From positions 24,552,001 through 24,616,000 of the forward strand of contig CM060734.1 in the NCBI GenBank assembly GCA_030704615.1: 64,000 bases of DNA, read 5' to 3'. The first letter of the stretch is position 1, and each line of letters opens with the position of its first letter. The position numbers and the translations under genes were made by a program. Source of the stretch: Takakia lepidozioides (Eukaryota > Plantae > Bryophyta). The notes under the pieces were generated by a model. It had not been told where the DNA came from. It was given only the letters and a program-made list of their open reading frames with translations, and made no database searches. Shown piece by piece: positions 12,686 through 26,458 of this stretch.

Positions 12686-14100
12686 CTTACCACTAAGGAT
12701 GTAGCCTGCAACGGATTACATCCATCCTGGACGTTACCCTAATGGATGTAAACCTAAGAGGATGTAACTCTAATGAAGTGCAAAATTTCATCCCAGTGGA
12801 TGAAATCGCGGGATGGTTTGCTAACCGCCTCTCTGCCCTAAGCACGGCACGATACTCGTGCTTGTTTTCTCTGGAGGATGGCGATGGCGGCTGAGCTGAG
12901 TGCTCCAGCATCACGATGCGCGTGCATTTTGTTTTTTCTTGCGCGATGGCAACAGACTCTTCCATTTCCCGCACTGGCAAATGACCTATTGCTGTGTTTG
13001 CCTGCAATCTTTCTTATTCGTGAAGCAGCGGCGCTCATAAGGTGATGGGGGAAGTATCATGCACTTTGTAAAATATGCAATTTGTCCTCAAGTATCCCAA
13101 TTTGTTGCATTCTGCTGTGATCTCTTGAGATTCAGGTGTTGAATGCCGCAGCGTCCCACTCCACAAACGATTAAAGTTCTTTGTGGTGTCGCATCTATGT
13201 TTTACTTTTGATCAATTTGCTCACTGTAGAATGCATGTTGGACATGGATAGCAACTGTGAAGACCTGCTACTCACCTCGTGCATCCTCACTGACACACAT
13301 CTTGATGTGGTGGTTTTTGACGGGCACAGGTGAGGGTCTTTCACTGGATGTGTATTTTTTCAGTTTGCAGATGATCAAAGGACTTGGCGATGGTGACGAT
13401 TGACGCTACATACTGCTTCAGTGGGGCATCTGATACGATTCGGCCTCTCAACCTTAATCCTTTTTGGTTTTTATGGGTTGTAACCTGATTATAAGTCAGT
13501 TTTCTGGTATGATACCAGTCTTAATTTTGGCACCATATTAGTGGGGTTTTCAACCTGATTGTAAATCAGTTTTATGGCATGATACCAGTCTGAGCTTCGG
13601 GTGCATTTTGATATGGTGCTGGAGTACCATCTCCAGACCTTATAAGGCTATCCAATGATGCTTAAGATAGGCCTTCTTATGCTGATTTAACACGGTAAGT
13701 ACCAAGCGATACTTTTTGAACATTGAGGTCAGAGTTCTAAATTTAAAACAGCCCTGGTTACACTGTTCTAACTTGGAGATTACCAAGCAACTGGCGTGAT
13801 GGGCTTTTCAGATTACATAACACCTGTTTTAAGGTTGCGAACCATCCTTTGAATTTGAAACAGGTTCAGTTTTACTATGTTAACTTGGAAAGTACCAAGC
13901 TGTACTTGACTTGGAAGAATACCAAGCAGTGGTCTTGTTGGGCTTTTTCAAAATACATAGGGGCTGGTTTAACTTATCAAACTAGCCTTTTGGAATACCC
14001 TTTGAGCTGGTGTTGTCTATAAAGTTCTGATTATGCTCATTGTAGCACTCCACTCTGATTGAGTTTTGGAGATCGATGATTGGAAAACCAGATCCAGACC
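12686..14100 (+). repeat. Non-coding repeat R, copy 1 of a 1.4 kb near-identical direct repeat
   Basis: Almost identical to 15790-17204 (offset 3104 bp); the ORF track is duplicated accordingly. Confidence 0.95.
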
Positions 14101-14543
14101 TTTGTGCATTCATGGAACATAGACATAGCATGCTGGCTGGTCTACATTATCAGGCTGGGCTCTTGGAATTGCAACACCTGCAACTCATTCTCAAAGGCTC
14201 AAGTGTTTATGTTGATCTGGTATGTACCAAAGGTGGTGTTTGTCCCGATTGTTTTATAAGAAAAACAAGACTCCTTCAATGATGAATGACATCTGAATCT
14301 AGGGCGATGGTTGTCTTGGAAATCCCACCCTCCCACCCTAATTTTTTTTTTCATGTGTTTTCAGGAAGATGACACGAGTTTTTATCAGGTAAGATACTGC
14401 CTATGGAAGGTGAAGTTAGATAGTGCCTTGTTATGAGGCTGATTTGTCGTTGATTTGACAAAGACCTTGTTTGGTCTTGTCCATGTCCCGACAAGACATA
14501 GTATCTTCCCTCTCTATTCTTGACCAGTGTACTCAGTGGTTTC

Positions 14544-14547
<4 letters not shown>

Positions 14548-14582
<35 letters not shown>
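14548..14582. repeat. (CT)n microsatellite
   Basis: About 17 CT units. Confidence 0.9.
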
Positions 14583-14585
<3 letters not shown>

Positions 14586-15789
14586 TGCCATTTTCCAGTT
14601 TTCTTACTATGATGTCCTAACACCTTTAATGGAAAGCCACGGGGTATCAGCCCCCTATACCTCCATAACAATAGTGTGGAGCAACAAATCCCTCATAAGG
14701 TATGATGATCCTCTCCGACAAAAATTTGTTGGCGGATTGCACAACGAGAGAAAGGCATTGCTTTGAAGAACATCTAAGGGTTTCTTGCATACTGATATTA
14801 TGAGCTAGGCCCGGGTAAAACAGCCTGTTAGAGTATGTGTGTACACCTTCTACATGATCCGGTCAATGCACATTACTCCTGTTAACTGGTAACCTGTAGT
14901 TGATGCCTTATGTCAGCATAAGATCCCTTATGATGAAAAGCCTTCCCTACTCGTGGGCTTTAATACTTCTCCTGGATGTGGGTTTGCTCTTTATAGCACC
15001 ACTAAAAAAATGCCCAGGTGTAACGTGATATGTCCTTTTTCATACCTTAAGGAAATCTGGTTTTAAAACCATAAAGCTAGCTGATATGGTGAAAAAGATG
15101 GGCAGCAGATTGCTGCCAATGTTTTTATTCACATGTTCATGTTGTGAATCACGGGCAGTAGACTACTGCCACTGGCTGGTGGAAAAATGTGCAGTAATTT
15201 ACTGCCATCGGTTGAAGAACACCTGTAATTTATGAACTCTTGCGTGCCCAGCTATATGAATGTTTTGTCCATATAATTTTCTCTTGACTTGGGAAGCAGA
15301 GACTGTAGCTTTTTAACCAAAGATAAAACTACATCGCACGGAGATTCTTCCTTGGTCTCTACTTCTTTACAAGAGCTTGTTGACGAGATAAGAGGTAAGA
15401 CGGAAAACACATGACTCTATATTCTTGCCAAGTTTGATTTATGCTATGCCAATGTTCACTCGTGATCTGAGGGCAGAGAGAATGTAGACCTTTTATCTTT
15501 TTTGGTATTCAAGTCCAAGGACAGAACTACATTGTAGAGGGAGAGCCTTATGAGAATGGGTCTGGTATGCACTCCATAAGGGACTGCCATACCAGGGGTT
15601 GGATGGTGGGCGCCCCCTCTCTCCCTCTCTCCAATTATCTGTTTGGGATTAACAAATATTTTCCTAAGCCTACCTGGTTTGGAAATACCTTCTTTCTAAT
15701 CCCTAATGGAATATGTTTTGAATTTCATCCATACCGGATGAAAAATATACCAGGTATAATCCCTAACTGGATGAATTATTGTCTCGAGC

Positions 15790-17204
15790 CTTACCACTAA
15801 GGATGTAGCCTGCAACGGATTACATCCATCCTGGACGTTACCCTAACGGATGTAAACCTAAGAGGATGTAACTCTAATGAAGTGCAAAATTTCATCCCAG
15901 TGGATGAAATCGCGGGATGGTTTGCTAACCGCCTCTCTGCCCTAAGCACGGCACGATACTCGTGCTTGTTTTCTCTGGAGGATGGCGATGGCGGCTGAGC
16001 TGAGTGCTCCAGCATCACGATGCGCGTGCATTTTGTTTTTTCTTGCGCGATGGCGGCAGACTCTTCCATTTCCCGCACTGGCAAATGACCTACTGCTGTG
16101 TTTGCCTGCAATCTTTCTTATTCGTGAAGCAGCGGCGCTCATAAGGTGATGGGGGAAGTATCATGCACTTTGTAAAATATTCAATTTGTCCTCAAGTATC
16201 CCAATTTGTTGCATTCTGCTGTGATCTCTTGAGATTCAGGTGTTGAATGCCGCAGCGTCCCACTCCACAAACGATTAAAGTTCTTTGTGGTGTCGCATCT
16301 ATGTTTTACTTTTGATCAATTTGCTCACTATAGAATGCATGTTGGACATGGATAGCAACTGTGAAGACCTGCTACTCACCTCGTGCATCCTCCCTGACAC
16401 ACATCTTGATGTGGTGGTTTTTGGGACGGGCACAGGTGAGGGTCTTCACTGGATGTGTATTTTTTCAGTTTGCAGATGATCAAAGGACTTGGCGATGGTG
16501 ACGATTGACGCTACATACTGCTTCAGTGGGGCATCTGATACGATTCGGCCTCTCAACCTTAATCCTTTTTGGTTTTTATGGGTTGTAACCTGATTATAAG
16601 TCAGTTTTCTGGTATGATACCAGTCTTAATTTTGGCACCATATTAGTGGGGTTTTCAACCTGATTGTAAATCAGTTTTATGGCATGATACCAGTCTGAGC
16701 TTCGGGTGCATTTTGATATGGTGCTGGAGTACCATCTCCAGACCTTATAAGGCTATCCAATGATGCTTAAGATAGGCTTCTTATGCTGATTTAACACGGT
16801 AAGTACCAAGCGATACTTTTTGAACATTGAGGTCAGAGTTCTAAATTTAAAACAGCCCTGGTTACATTGTTCTAACTTGGAGATTACCAAGCAGCTGGTG
16901 TGATGGGCTTTTCAGATTACATAACACCTGTTTTAAGGTTGCGAACCATCCTTTGAATTTGAAACAGGTTCAGTTTTACTATGTTAACTTGGAAAGTACC
17001 AAGCTGTACTTGACTTGGAAGAATACCAAGCAGTGGTCTTGTTGGGCTTTTTCAAAATACATAGGGGCTGGTTTAACTTATCAAACTAGCCTTTTGGAAT
17101 ACCCTTTGAGCTGGTGTTGTCTATAAAGTTCTGATTATGCTCATTGTAGCACTCCACTCTGATTGAGTTTTGGAGATCGATGATTGGAAAACCAGATCCA
17201 GACC
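15790..17204 (+). repeat. Non-coding repeat R, copy 2
   Basis: Almost identical to 12686-14100; retains the uninterrupted site gagc-CTTAC-cac. Confidence 0.95.
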
Positions 17205-17205
17205 A

Positions 17206-17309
17206 TAGGGAAGGCTTTTCATCATAAGGGATCTTATGCTGACATAAGGCATCAACTACAGGTTACCAGTTAACAGGAGTAATGTGCATTGACCGGATCA
17301 TGTAGAAGG
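17206..17309 (-). repeat. 104 bp inverted copy of 14846-14949
   Basis: tagggaaggcttttc...tgtagaagg is the reverse complement of ccttctaca...gccttcccta. Confidence 0.93.
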
Positions 17310-17945
17310 CGACCCCTGAATGGACGGTATCCTACCGACTTCTCTACAGTCGCTATTAATAAATAACTAAATAACTGACTATGACCCCTAAGCAGTCGCT
17401 ACGCGCACCCCAATATATATTTGGGAGCTCGAACCGATGCCCAGGGAGTCGCTGGTAGCACCCCAATAAAAAATAAAAAATAAAAAATAAACACACAGCA
17501 ACAGTCTCCCTAGGGGGCACTGTTAAACAACGTCGGGTAATTAGCGTAGGGACATGTACCGACCCCCAGGGAGGCATTGATAGCACCCCAAAAATATTTT
17601 GCAAAAATACTCACAGCGACCCCCTATAGGTTGTTGTTAAGCAGCGTCAGGTTATTGTTAGGAAGTTGAAGCGACCCCCAGGAAAGCGCTAATAGCACCA
17701 CCAAAAATATGGACAGAAAAATCTGACAGCGACGGCGTAGGTGTCGCTGTTAACAGCGTCGGGTTATTGTTAGGAAGTTGAAGCGACCCCCAGGAAGGCG
17801 CTGATAGCACCCCCAAAAATATGGACAAAAAAGTCTGACAATGAAGGCCTAGGGGTCGCTGTTAACAACGTCGGGTTATTGCTTAGGGACTTGAAGCGAC
17901 CTCAGGGAAGGTGTTGATAGTAGTAGCGACCCCCAGGGAGTCACT
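17310..17945. repeat. CACTA-type subterminal repeats (AGCGACCCCC / GTCGCT in both orientations); terminus lost
   Basis: Many direct and inverted copies, located downstream of the minus-strand CACTA transposase. Confidence 0.7.
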
Positions 17946-18752
17946 AATAGAACCTTTTTTTTTTTTAATTAAATCGAATTTTAATGAATTTTAAATAAGT
18001 ATTATGATTTAGAATATCTAGGATTGCGGATTTGAGGGGCGTAATGATTTTATTTTTGGCTCTATTTTGTTCTTTGAATTCAGACTTTGGACTACTACAT
18101 CCATGCAAAAGATTGGACCAAAAAACAATGAGAAAAAAAAAATGTTTTCTTGGGTCACTATTGCAGAACTCTTTATGGAGAGCGCATGAAGTTGAAGAGA
18201 ACTTAATCTTGGAGTGCAAATGAGGGAAAAAAAAATATATGGTTTTGGGTCCAGATGATTTTTTTTGCTGCAAAATTTTGCACACACATTGCACACGCTG
18301 TCATTAAGCATATGGTTGGAGAATGGAACTAAAAAAAAATCATGTGCAGGCGAAACACAGTTTTTCGTCTGTACGACACGTAGTTACGTTCATCACTTGA
18401 ATGACCCATTAAATGAACTTGGTTCAAGCTCATCTTTGGTCCACATGTGCTTAAGTATGTTCAGATCACCAATGCAAAGTCGCAAAAGATGAGCATCAAG
18501 AAGAAATATTCACATCAATCGGTTAATCTAATGTATCCAAAGTGCATAATGAGAATATCTACAATGCCCTTCTACGCGATCCCGGTCTCAAAGCAACCGT
18601 AGTTCTGTCACACACATCCTACTACAATTTGCAACTATTCTTGTCATATTGGCAAATTGTTGTACATCATAATGGAAGACATCCTCTTGGTTGGTCAATT
18701 TGGTTCCGAAGTAGTTGCCTTGTTCGCCTTGTAACAATGTGCCGCGTGGGTA

Positions 18753-21700
18753 CTACATCATGTCATCCGAAGGGACATCATCTTCCTCATCAAGCTCCAA
18801 CTTCTGTCTATTGTCCTCATCGAAGTCACTATATTGACCCCTCTCAAGAGAGTCATGATCAGAAGCTGAATCATCATCCATGTATTCATATGGCTCTTGC
18901 ACGACCGGAGGGTCAATATGAGGCGGCGCAATAGGATCTTCCTCTTCTTGTACATCCTCATTGTTATCGTCATCGTCATCGTCATCCTCGTTGTCCTCTT
19001 CCTCCGGCGCAATATTCGCATCAACCACTTGATCTCCTCCAACATTGTTCAAGGCGGTGTCTTCAATTGCCTCTATCCACGAAGCATCATCTCCCGCATC
19101 CGCATCCACATCGGCCACCTCGGCCACCTCGTCCACCTCGGTCGCTTCGGCCACTTCGGCCTCATCACCACCCCAACGGTTTGATCCCTCGCCATGGTAA
19201 ATGCGTCTCCCTCTTGGCCTAGCATGCACAACCACCTTCCAATTGCCCGATCTAATCTTGTCTTCAGAAAAAAAAGACTTGTTCCATGTCCTTCGGCCAT
19301 GCAAATGGTTCATTGGATGTGTGTAGAGGGCGTGATCCTGGAAGTGTTGACCCACATGAAGCCACACTCATCAGGCAAGAGGGTTGCATTTGGGCCTGCA
19401 ATGTGGGGTTGGAACCACCTTCCCTTGAAAAGGATATGGTGATGGTGATCATACTCGAGTTGCAAAATGACATCAAGCTCCCCAATATATTCAAGCTTGC
19501 TTCTCTCGGGTCGAATGTCCCTTGTGCTTGACACGGAGTCTTGCCAATATGTTGCACACAAACTGGAGTCAAATGTGGTCTTCCGATGCATATCAAGAGA
19601 ACGGATGTGGAAATGACGACCATAAATCCAAATTGAGGAGAATGAAATGGCATATTGAGATGGCCCTCTCGCAAGCTCTTGCACTAAAGGCGGCACCACC
19701 TTGCCCGCGGCCATCGCAGCCTCAACTCCACTCTGGAGCCAATGGCGAAATGGTCTCAATGGCTGCATCTCCGTGGGCAAATTACGCGCCCCCGATGGGG
19801 CCGTGATCCTGGACCCGCGCCGTCCTCGTGAGGCTCGCAATTCTCTCGCACGTGTGCGTCTCCAAATTGTACTTACTTCCAACCGCCGTGCATTCTCATC
19901 TGCATGTCTTGCCTCCCACTCCACTATGCAAGGGGTGTTCTTCAATACAAAGTCATGTGCTTGCTCCACCTCGGTGTTCGATAGTTTCACCCTCCTTGAT
20001 TTTTTGGGCAAAACCATGTCCTTGTTCCGCACATCATCCTCTTCCTTCGACATTGGAGGGGCCTCTTTGTCCACCCTTCTCATGTACTCCGTACATAACA
20101 CCATAGCCTCTTGCAATGTGTACCCCTCTGTCATGCTACCCTCGGGATGTGCCTTTTGCCGCACGTGTGCCTTGACCTTCATGTAACGCTCTAGAAAGTA
20201 CATCCACCGAGCATGGACCGGTTTGGCAATCTCCGCCTCTTCCACCAAATGCACTACCAAATGCACTTGGATGTCAAAGAAATTAGGGGGAAGATGCATC
20301 TCCAACATACACAAGACCGTGGCCGCCTCCTCATTCATTCGTGGAAAATCCGCCTCGTCCATCTCTTTTATGCAAAACCAACGGAATAAATCAGCAAGTC
20401 GATAGACAGCTTTTCGAATGCCCTCATGGAGTGTCCCTCGTATTGCAATGGGAAGGATGTCTTGCAAAATGTTGTGGTAGTCATGAGAATTCAAACCATG
20501 GATAGTGGTGGTATCCTCAAATTTGTTGCGTAGAGATGCGCCATACCCGGTCGGGTTCCGGATAGCTCGTATTGTGGTCCGCACTTGCTTGTATTCCTCC
20601 TTTGTCCAAGTCCAAGTTGGCGCCCTATACTTCCACTTGGGAGCATTGTTCACGTCCACACCATCAGCTTCAGGCCATAGTCGTGGCATACGGTTTTGGG
20701 CTTGAAGCTTTCGCCTCACACCAAGGGAATCACCGCCACGTTTCTTCTTCCCCTCGGTTAAGTTTGCCAGTACACGAATAAGTGATGAGCACACATTCTT
20801 CTCAATATGCATGGGATCAAAGAGGTGCCGGATTTTCAGATCCTACGCATAATGAAATTTCCATATAATTTGTCATAAACCCAGAACTCGGTGCAATTTC
20901 ATATGAATATGTCATGGCATTCAATGAAATATGTATGGTCTAATGCATTTCGGACTTGTACCTCCCAATAAGGCAACTCGTAGAAGATTGAGAGCCGGGA
21001 CATGCCACACCTCTTGAGCCGGCGTTTTTTATTCAGCACCTCTTGCCACCATGCTTTCCAAAATGACCCAGGGGGACGCACGGGTGGAGGTCTCCTCTCC
21101 ACGGTCCCATCAAATAATTTCTTGCCTCTCGTTCTCCATGGATGGTTGAGAGGAAGAAATTTCCGGTAGTTGGGATAGATCATTTTCGCGACGTTCTTCG
21201 AATGTTTTGCATCAAGGTTATCCGGCCCACAACATGAACATGCTGCGTACCCCTCTGTGCTTAGTCCCGAACAAACGAAAGCCCTGCACAAAACCATGAA
21301 TTTAGTTGGGATTTAACATTCGTCGCCTCGTATAATTTCAATGAACCGAGCAAAAACATGAGTTGCTAAAGAAAAATCATGACGAACACATACAAACACA
21401 TGATATACGGTAGAATATATATATTATAGGTAATATCAAATTAAAATGTACCTGGATAGTTATGCATTGTCCATAGCAAAAGCCCTCGCAAGAGAAAAGA
21501 ACGTTGGCCAGTGGGTGCCGATGCATCATAAGCTGGAACTCCATTCCATAATATATTGAGTTCGTCAACCAATGGACGTAGATACACATCCATAGTCGCA
21601 ACTTGTTTTTTCCCTACAACACAAATTATTTGCAATATATATAAGATCGTTTCAAATTCAAACAGAATAAATGATATTCTTAGTTCCATATATATTCGAC

Positions 21701-22820
21701 ATTGTACTACCACGTACATCCTAAAACAACAAAAAAAATTGTGTTATTCACCTGGCACAATGGCAGCCAACATGATATGACCCTTCTTGATAGCAAGATA
21801 AGGAGGGATGTTGTAGTTAACCAAAGTCACATGCCATGTTGAATGGCTACTTGACTGGACTGAATATGGGTTTACACCATCCGCGGAGAAGCCGAGCCGA
21901 ACATGTCTTGGATCGTCCTTCAAAAAAGGTCATTGTTCCTCGGTGTGTTTCCATGTCGGCGAATCGTGAGGGCCGCACATCTTTCCGGGGGGGCTCCGAT
22001 GCTCCGCATGCCACTTCATGAGTTGGGCAAATGATGGACTCCGGAATTGTGCTTTCAAGCGCGGGATGACTGGAAAATAATGCATTTTCTAACCTCCCCC
22101 ACAAACACAACAAATATATCAATATTTACTTTCTGTCATTTGGATCCACATATTGTACGTAAGAGAGGGGTATATATTTGCAAAGGTTTGTATGTAGATA
22201 TTTTGTAAAGTCTACATTAGTTGAAAGATTCATATAACCTATATGCATACCCTTATAATATCGGAATGATACAACCTCTTAAACCCTACACCCTAAAATG
22301 ATATATTAGTTGGTGGACACATGTATATATGTATATAAATATAAATGGCAGGAAAGAGAATATAAGAGAAATGTACCTTTCGTGGTATCTTCTTTCCTTG
22401 AACATCATCTCGGTATCTAGATTTTTTGCACTTGGGACACGTGGTAGCACACGCATGCTCTTCATAGTACAAGGTGCGATCACAAGGACATGCATGGAAA
22501 ATTTTGTAGCCCATCCCCACTGTGTCTAGAACTTGTCTTGCCTCTTTTCGAGAACGTGGCATTTTATGCTCCAAATGGGGGGCGAGGATGTGGTCCGCAA
22601 TTGTGCGCATGATTGCGGACATGCCAATGTTGCTTATGCCGAACCGGGATTGCAAATTAAGCAACAACAATATAGTGGAAAGTCGACTCACTTTTGTTCC
22701 TTTATACAAGGGTGTTTTTGCCTCGGATTTTAAACATTTTAGATTCTCCTCCAGTCGTGCGTCTGATATGCCATCTACGCACGTTTCTGGATGAATGTTG
22801 AGTGGATGGATGTGGAACAT
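18753..22820 (-). pseudogene. CACTA/En-Spm Tnp2-type transposase (Transposase_21, DUF4218, DUF4216), intron-containing, frameshifted and 5'-truncated
   Basis: Motifs HACPCDRTLYY..CPKCKKSRY, MDVYLRPLVDELNILWNGV, YELPYWE|DLKIRHLFDPMHIEKNV, LPPNFFDIQVHLVVHL..WMYFLERYM and EPFAWPKDMEQVFF. Frameshifts near 19270-19330. Confidence 0.92.
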
Positions 22821-23115
22821 CCAAATTAGCTGGAGTGCTTAAGGGTTTAGTTAGATGCTAACCCATGCCCGGTAACCACGGTTAGTGCAGCCTTGCCATA
22901 ATTGCTACTGTTTCTGCGATGCGGAGGGGGGAGGAGGAGAGGATTGTGAAGGAGACGGATGGCGGGGGTTTACTAATGAGAGAGAGAGGGAGAGTCCATG
23001 GAGGGAGTGAGTGTATGAAGTGAGGTAGTGATGGCAGAGAAGCAGAGAGAAGTTGGGTTTATTTTTGCTGAGCACAGGTTCTACGAGGTGGCCTGCAGGC
23101 TCATGTGAGAGAGAG

Positions 23116-25523
23116 ATGGGTTTCCACAAGCTAAGAGTTAGAGAGACGACAATTGTAATACTGCTCCTGGGAGTGTTGCTCATAGGAACACCGTACATAA
23201 TACAGAAACCTGTTGCGCTTCAGCTCCAATCAGATTTTTCTCGACAAATCAGTTCCTGGTTCGGGACGGAGGAAGTCAGGAGAGAGACGCCGTTCTGGGT
23301 GGAGAATTTGAACCTTGTGAGTTCTCGTTAATCCGTTATCCGTATGGTGTAGGAGTATGGATATTTCGATTATTTCAGTATGTTTCAGTTGAAGGAGCTA
23401 TGGTTGCAAACGGGGTTCGTTCTCTATCAGTGAAAAAGGTGAGATCTATCGTATCAAGATAGCACACTTACATTCTTCCCTTTTCCCGTTTGTGCGGAAT
23501 GTCTTGGAAAATTTTCAGACGCATGAGGAATTTCCAGGTCTGGGAGATGCATTGTCACGGGCTGCAATGAAAGGTAAGACAGCGATTTTAACAACGCTGA
23601 ATGGAGCATGGGCAGCTGAAGGTACTATGATAGATCTCTTCCTGGATAGCTTTCGGAAAGGGGAGGGCATCAGTCACCTTCTCAACCACCTGATCATCAT
23701 TACCTTGGACCAGAAAGCCCACGAGCGCTGCGTGAAGGTTCACAGCCTATGCTTTATGTTGGAGACAGAGGGAGTCGATTTCACTGGGGAGAAGTTTTTC
23801 ATGTCTCTGGATTATTTGAAGATGATGTGGAGGAGGATTGATTTTTTGAGAAGCGTCCTGGAGATGGGGTACAACTTTCTTTTTTCGGTGAGAGGCACAC
23901 ACGAACACACTTTCCTTCTCTGCCTATTTGTCATGTCATCTCCCTTCAAATTATATAAAGCTGTAGCCACACCAGTTGGCTCCCCTAATTTAACCTCTAG
24001 CACTCAAGATAGGTTGTTTTAGTCATGGGTATTTGGGAGGTACAGGAGTGAAAGAGGGAATCAAGACATAAATGTCAGGGAGCATGTGACAATGGCAAGA
24101 GTTGGAACTCTCTTCCCCTTCTTGAGCACTTCCCATGCTTAAATCTTATCAAAGTGTGTGAATTGATGGGCAATGCAGCTTGCGCAATCTTAGTCAATTG
24201 TGTCATAGTCCTTCTAATAAAAAATCCAGAAGCGAAAGCCTTAAAATGCTCCAGAAAAGCTTGGAATATAGTTGGGGACTCAATTTTTAGTATGAAGTCG
24301 TAATGATGAAAATTATTTTGAGTGGTGTAATCATTTTTGCAGGATGCAGACATAATGTGGTTTCGCAGTCCTTTTCCACTGTTGGATGACGAGTCTGACT
24401 TCCAAATAGCCTGTGACAATTACAAAGGAGACCCCTATGATTTGGACAACAAACCTAATGGGGGATTTGTGTATGCACAATCAAACAACCGCACCATCGA
24501 ATTTTACAAGTATTGGTATATGGCCAGAGAACAACATCCAGGAAGACACGACCAAGATGTTCTCAATGATATTAAAGTAGAAAGTGAATTTTTGGACATT
24601 GGACTGAAGCTCCGATTCTTGAACACCCTCCACTTTTCTGGTTTCTGTGAGGTAAGCAGCATTGAATCTCCTCATAGGTTGTAAGTATTACCCAACAAAG
24701 TCACTTTGACCTTTCTTTAATGTAGTCTAATCCTCACCACCCAGATTCTGCCTCAATCTTGGTATGGGGTTTTCTTTCTAAGCTGCATTAAAGACTCATA
24801 AGGAATTCTCTATCTGTCTTCCTCTTTCTCTGGTGGGTGTGAACCCCACAAACAGCTCTGGGAGGGTTAGTTTCCGGTGGGGTCGATGACTGTAAGGCTA
24901 TGGCAAGCCAACATTGGGCAGGGAACGGCATTAGTAGATTCTCTCTGCAAGGAGAGGCACAACTCTTTATATGAAATTGTACAGCCGTACACCATCATGC
25001 CGTCTTTCTCCGAGCCCTATGTTTTCCCCTACAACAGACCAATTCTAAGCACATCTCGATTTAAGGTCACATGAATATTTCTGAAGCTATTGATTTCAAC
25101 GAACACTACTGTTTAGGGCTTGGTACAATAACAGGAGTAGTTTGGCAAAACTAGATTTGCGCTCCTGTTACCCCATGTACCACACATCTGAGCACCCATC
25201 GATTTGCGTCTCCAAAGAACTAGATTCCACCCTCCTGTTTATTGGAGAAATCAGAGCATGGTTATGGTTAAATACAGCTATGGCAAGATATTCTAACAGG
25301 TTTCTCTCCCCCTCTCTCCCATTTTATCCAGGTAAGCAACGATCTGGAGAAGGTCTGCACAATGCATGCAAACTGCTGCACAAGCCTTGAGCGCAAGCTC
25401 CAAGATTTACGTTTGGTAATGGATGATTGGGAGCGATTCAAATCCTTGACACCACTGGAGAAACAGAACCAGAGAGTCTTCTGGCGGGCTCCGCGTGAAT
25501 GTCATCATTCGTGGGCTCGGTAA
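23116..25523 (+). CDS. Nucleotide-diphospho-sugar transferase family protein (PF03407, GT77-related), type II membrane, 356 aa; exons 23116-23316, 23519-23887, 24343-24651, 25332-25523
   Basis: N-terminal TM (IVILLLGVLLIG); motifs ILTTLNGAWA, YLKMMWRRIDFL, DADIMWFR (DxD), FQIACD, HDQDVLN, VCTMHANCC. Three phase-0 GT-AG introns give an intact frame. Confidence 0.93.
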
Positions 25524-26187
25524 GGTCACATGTGCCAGATTGTTCAGTGTTCCAGCATCTGATTTGTCTCGATAAGCACTTGCTGCGATCATAAGCTATC
25601 AGAAGAAAAAGTGCCGCCATTTTTGTGCCACCAGAGAGAGGGACGACGTCTTCATTGGGGCATAATAAATCCACCCATCTTGGCTGCACTTGCAGCTGTG
25701 ATGTTTGTCAGTCCAAGCGGGTAGAACACAGCGCCTATTCGTGCTCATCACTTAATACAAATAAGCTAAACCTGGAATAGAGTGTGTACAACCCACAGGA
25801 AAACCAAGTTGTGTACCTCTAATGTCCCAGCTAGAATACGTGTATATCCATCGAATACCTTAAGTGGTTCTAGGAAAGGGATAAAGTTTAAGGTTAGTCA
25901 TCTCACAATTTCTAGGAGCTCCTGATGGTTGTTGGAAGATGTTTGACATACATTTCTGGTCACATTCAATATTCCATCAGGTTGTTGATATATGAAAGAG
26001 GAAGATCTTTTCTCCAGACCCATATTTGCCCCATTTTTAGTTCATTTGATGAGTGGTGCCCCATGAATTTGTAACCTTGTAATCCTCCTGTTTGAGGGGC
26101 CATGTACATACACGTGACACTCCATTTTCTCTCTTATTATGCTTAACCAGAATGACTTGGGTATTCAAAGTATCACGTCAATTATTA

Positions 26188-26458
26188 GTGTGATTTGCCT
26201 CGAACATTAGTGAGATCAAGATCTGGCTTTCTTAGAGACCAGAAATCTCCTTCAACACTCGGCACATGTGTGAGCTATTATGAGTTGTGCAGTTTAAGGG
26301 AGAGTTTAAGTACCAGTCTATTGTGTGATTTGCCTCAAACATTAGTGAGATCAAGGTCTGGCTTTCTTAGAGACCAGAAATCTCCTTCAACACTCGGCAC
26401 ATGTGTGAGCTATTATGAGTTGTGCAGTTTAAGGGAGAGTTTAAGGACCAGTCTATTG
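26188..26458 (+). repeat. Tandem duplication, 2 x 135 bp
   Basis: gtgtgatttgcctc...accagtctattg occurs twice with about 3 mismatches. Confidence 0.93.

Noticed and set aside
12693-13007. 104 aa ORF duplicated at 15797..16111
   Set aside because: Its conservation reflects the recent duplication; no recognisable domain and a non-ATG start.
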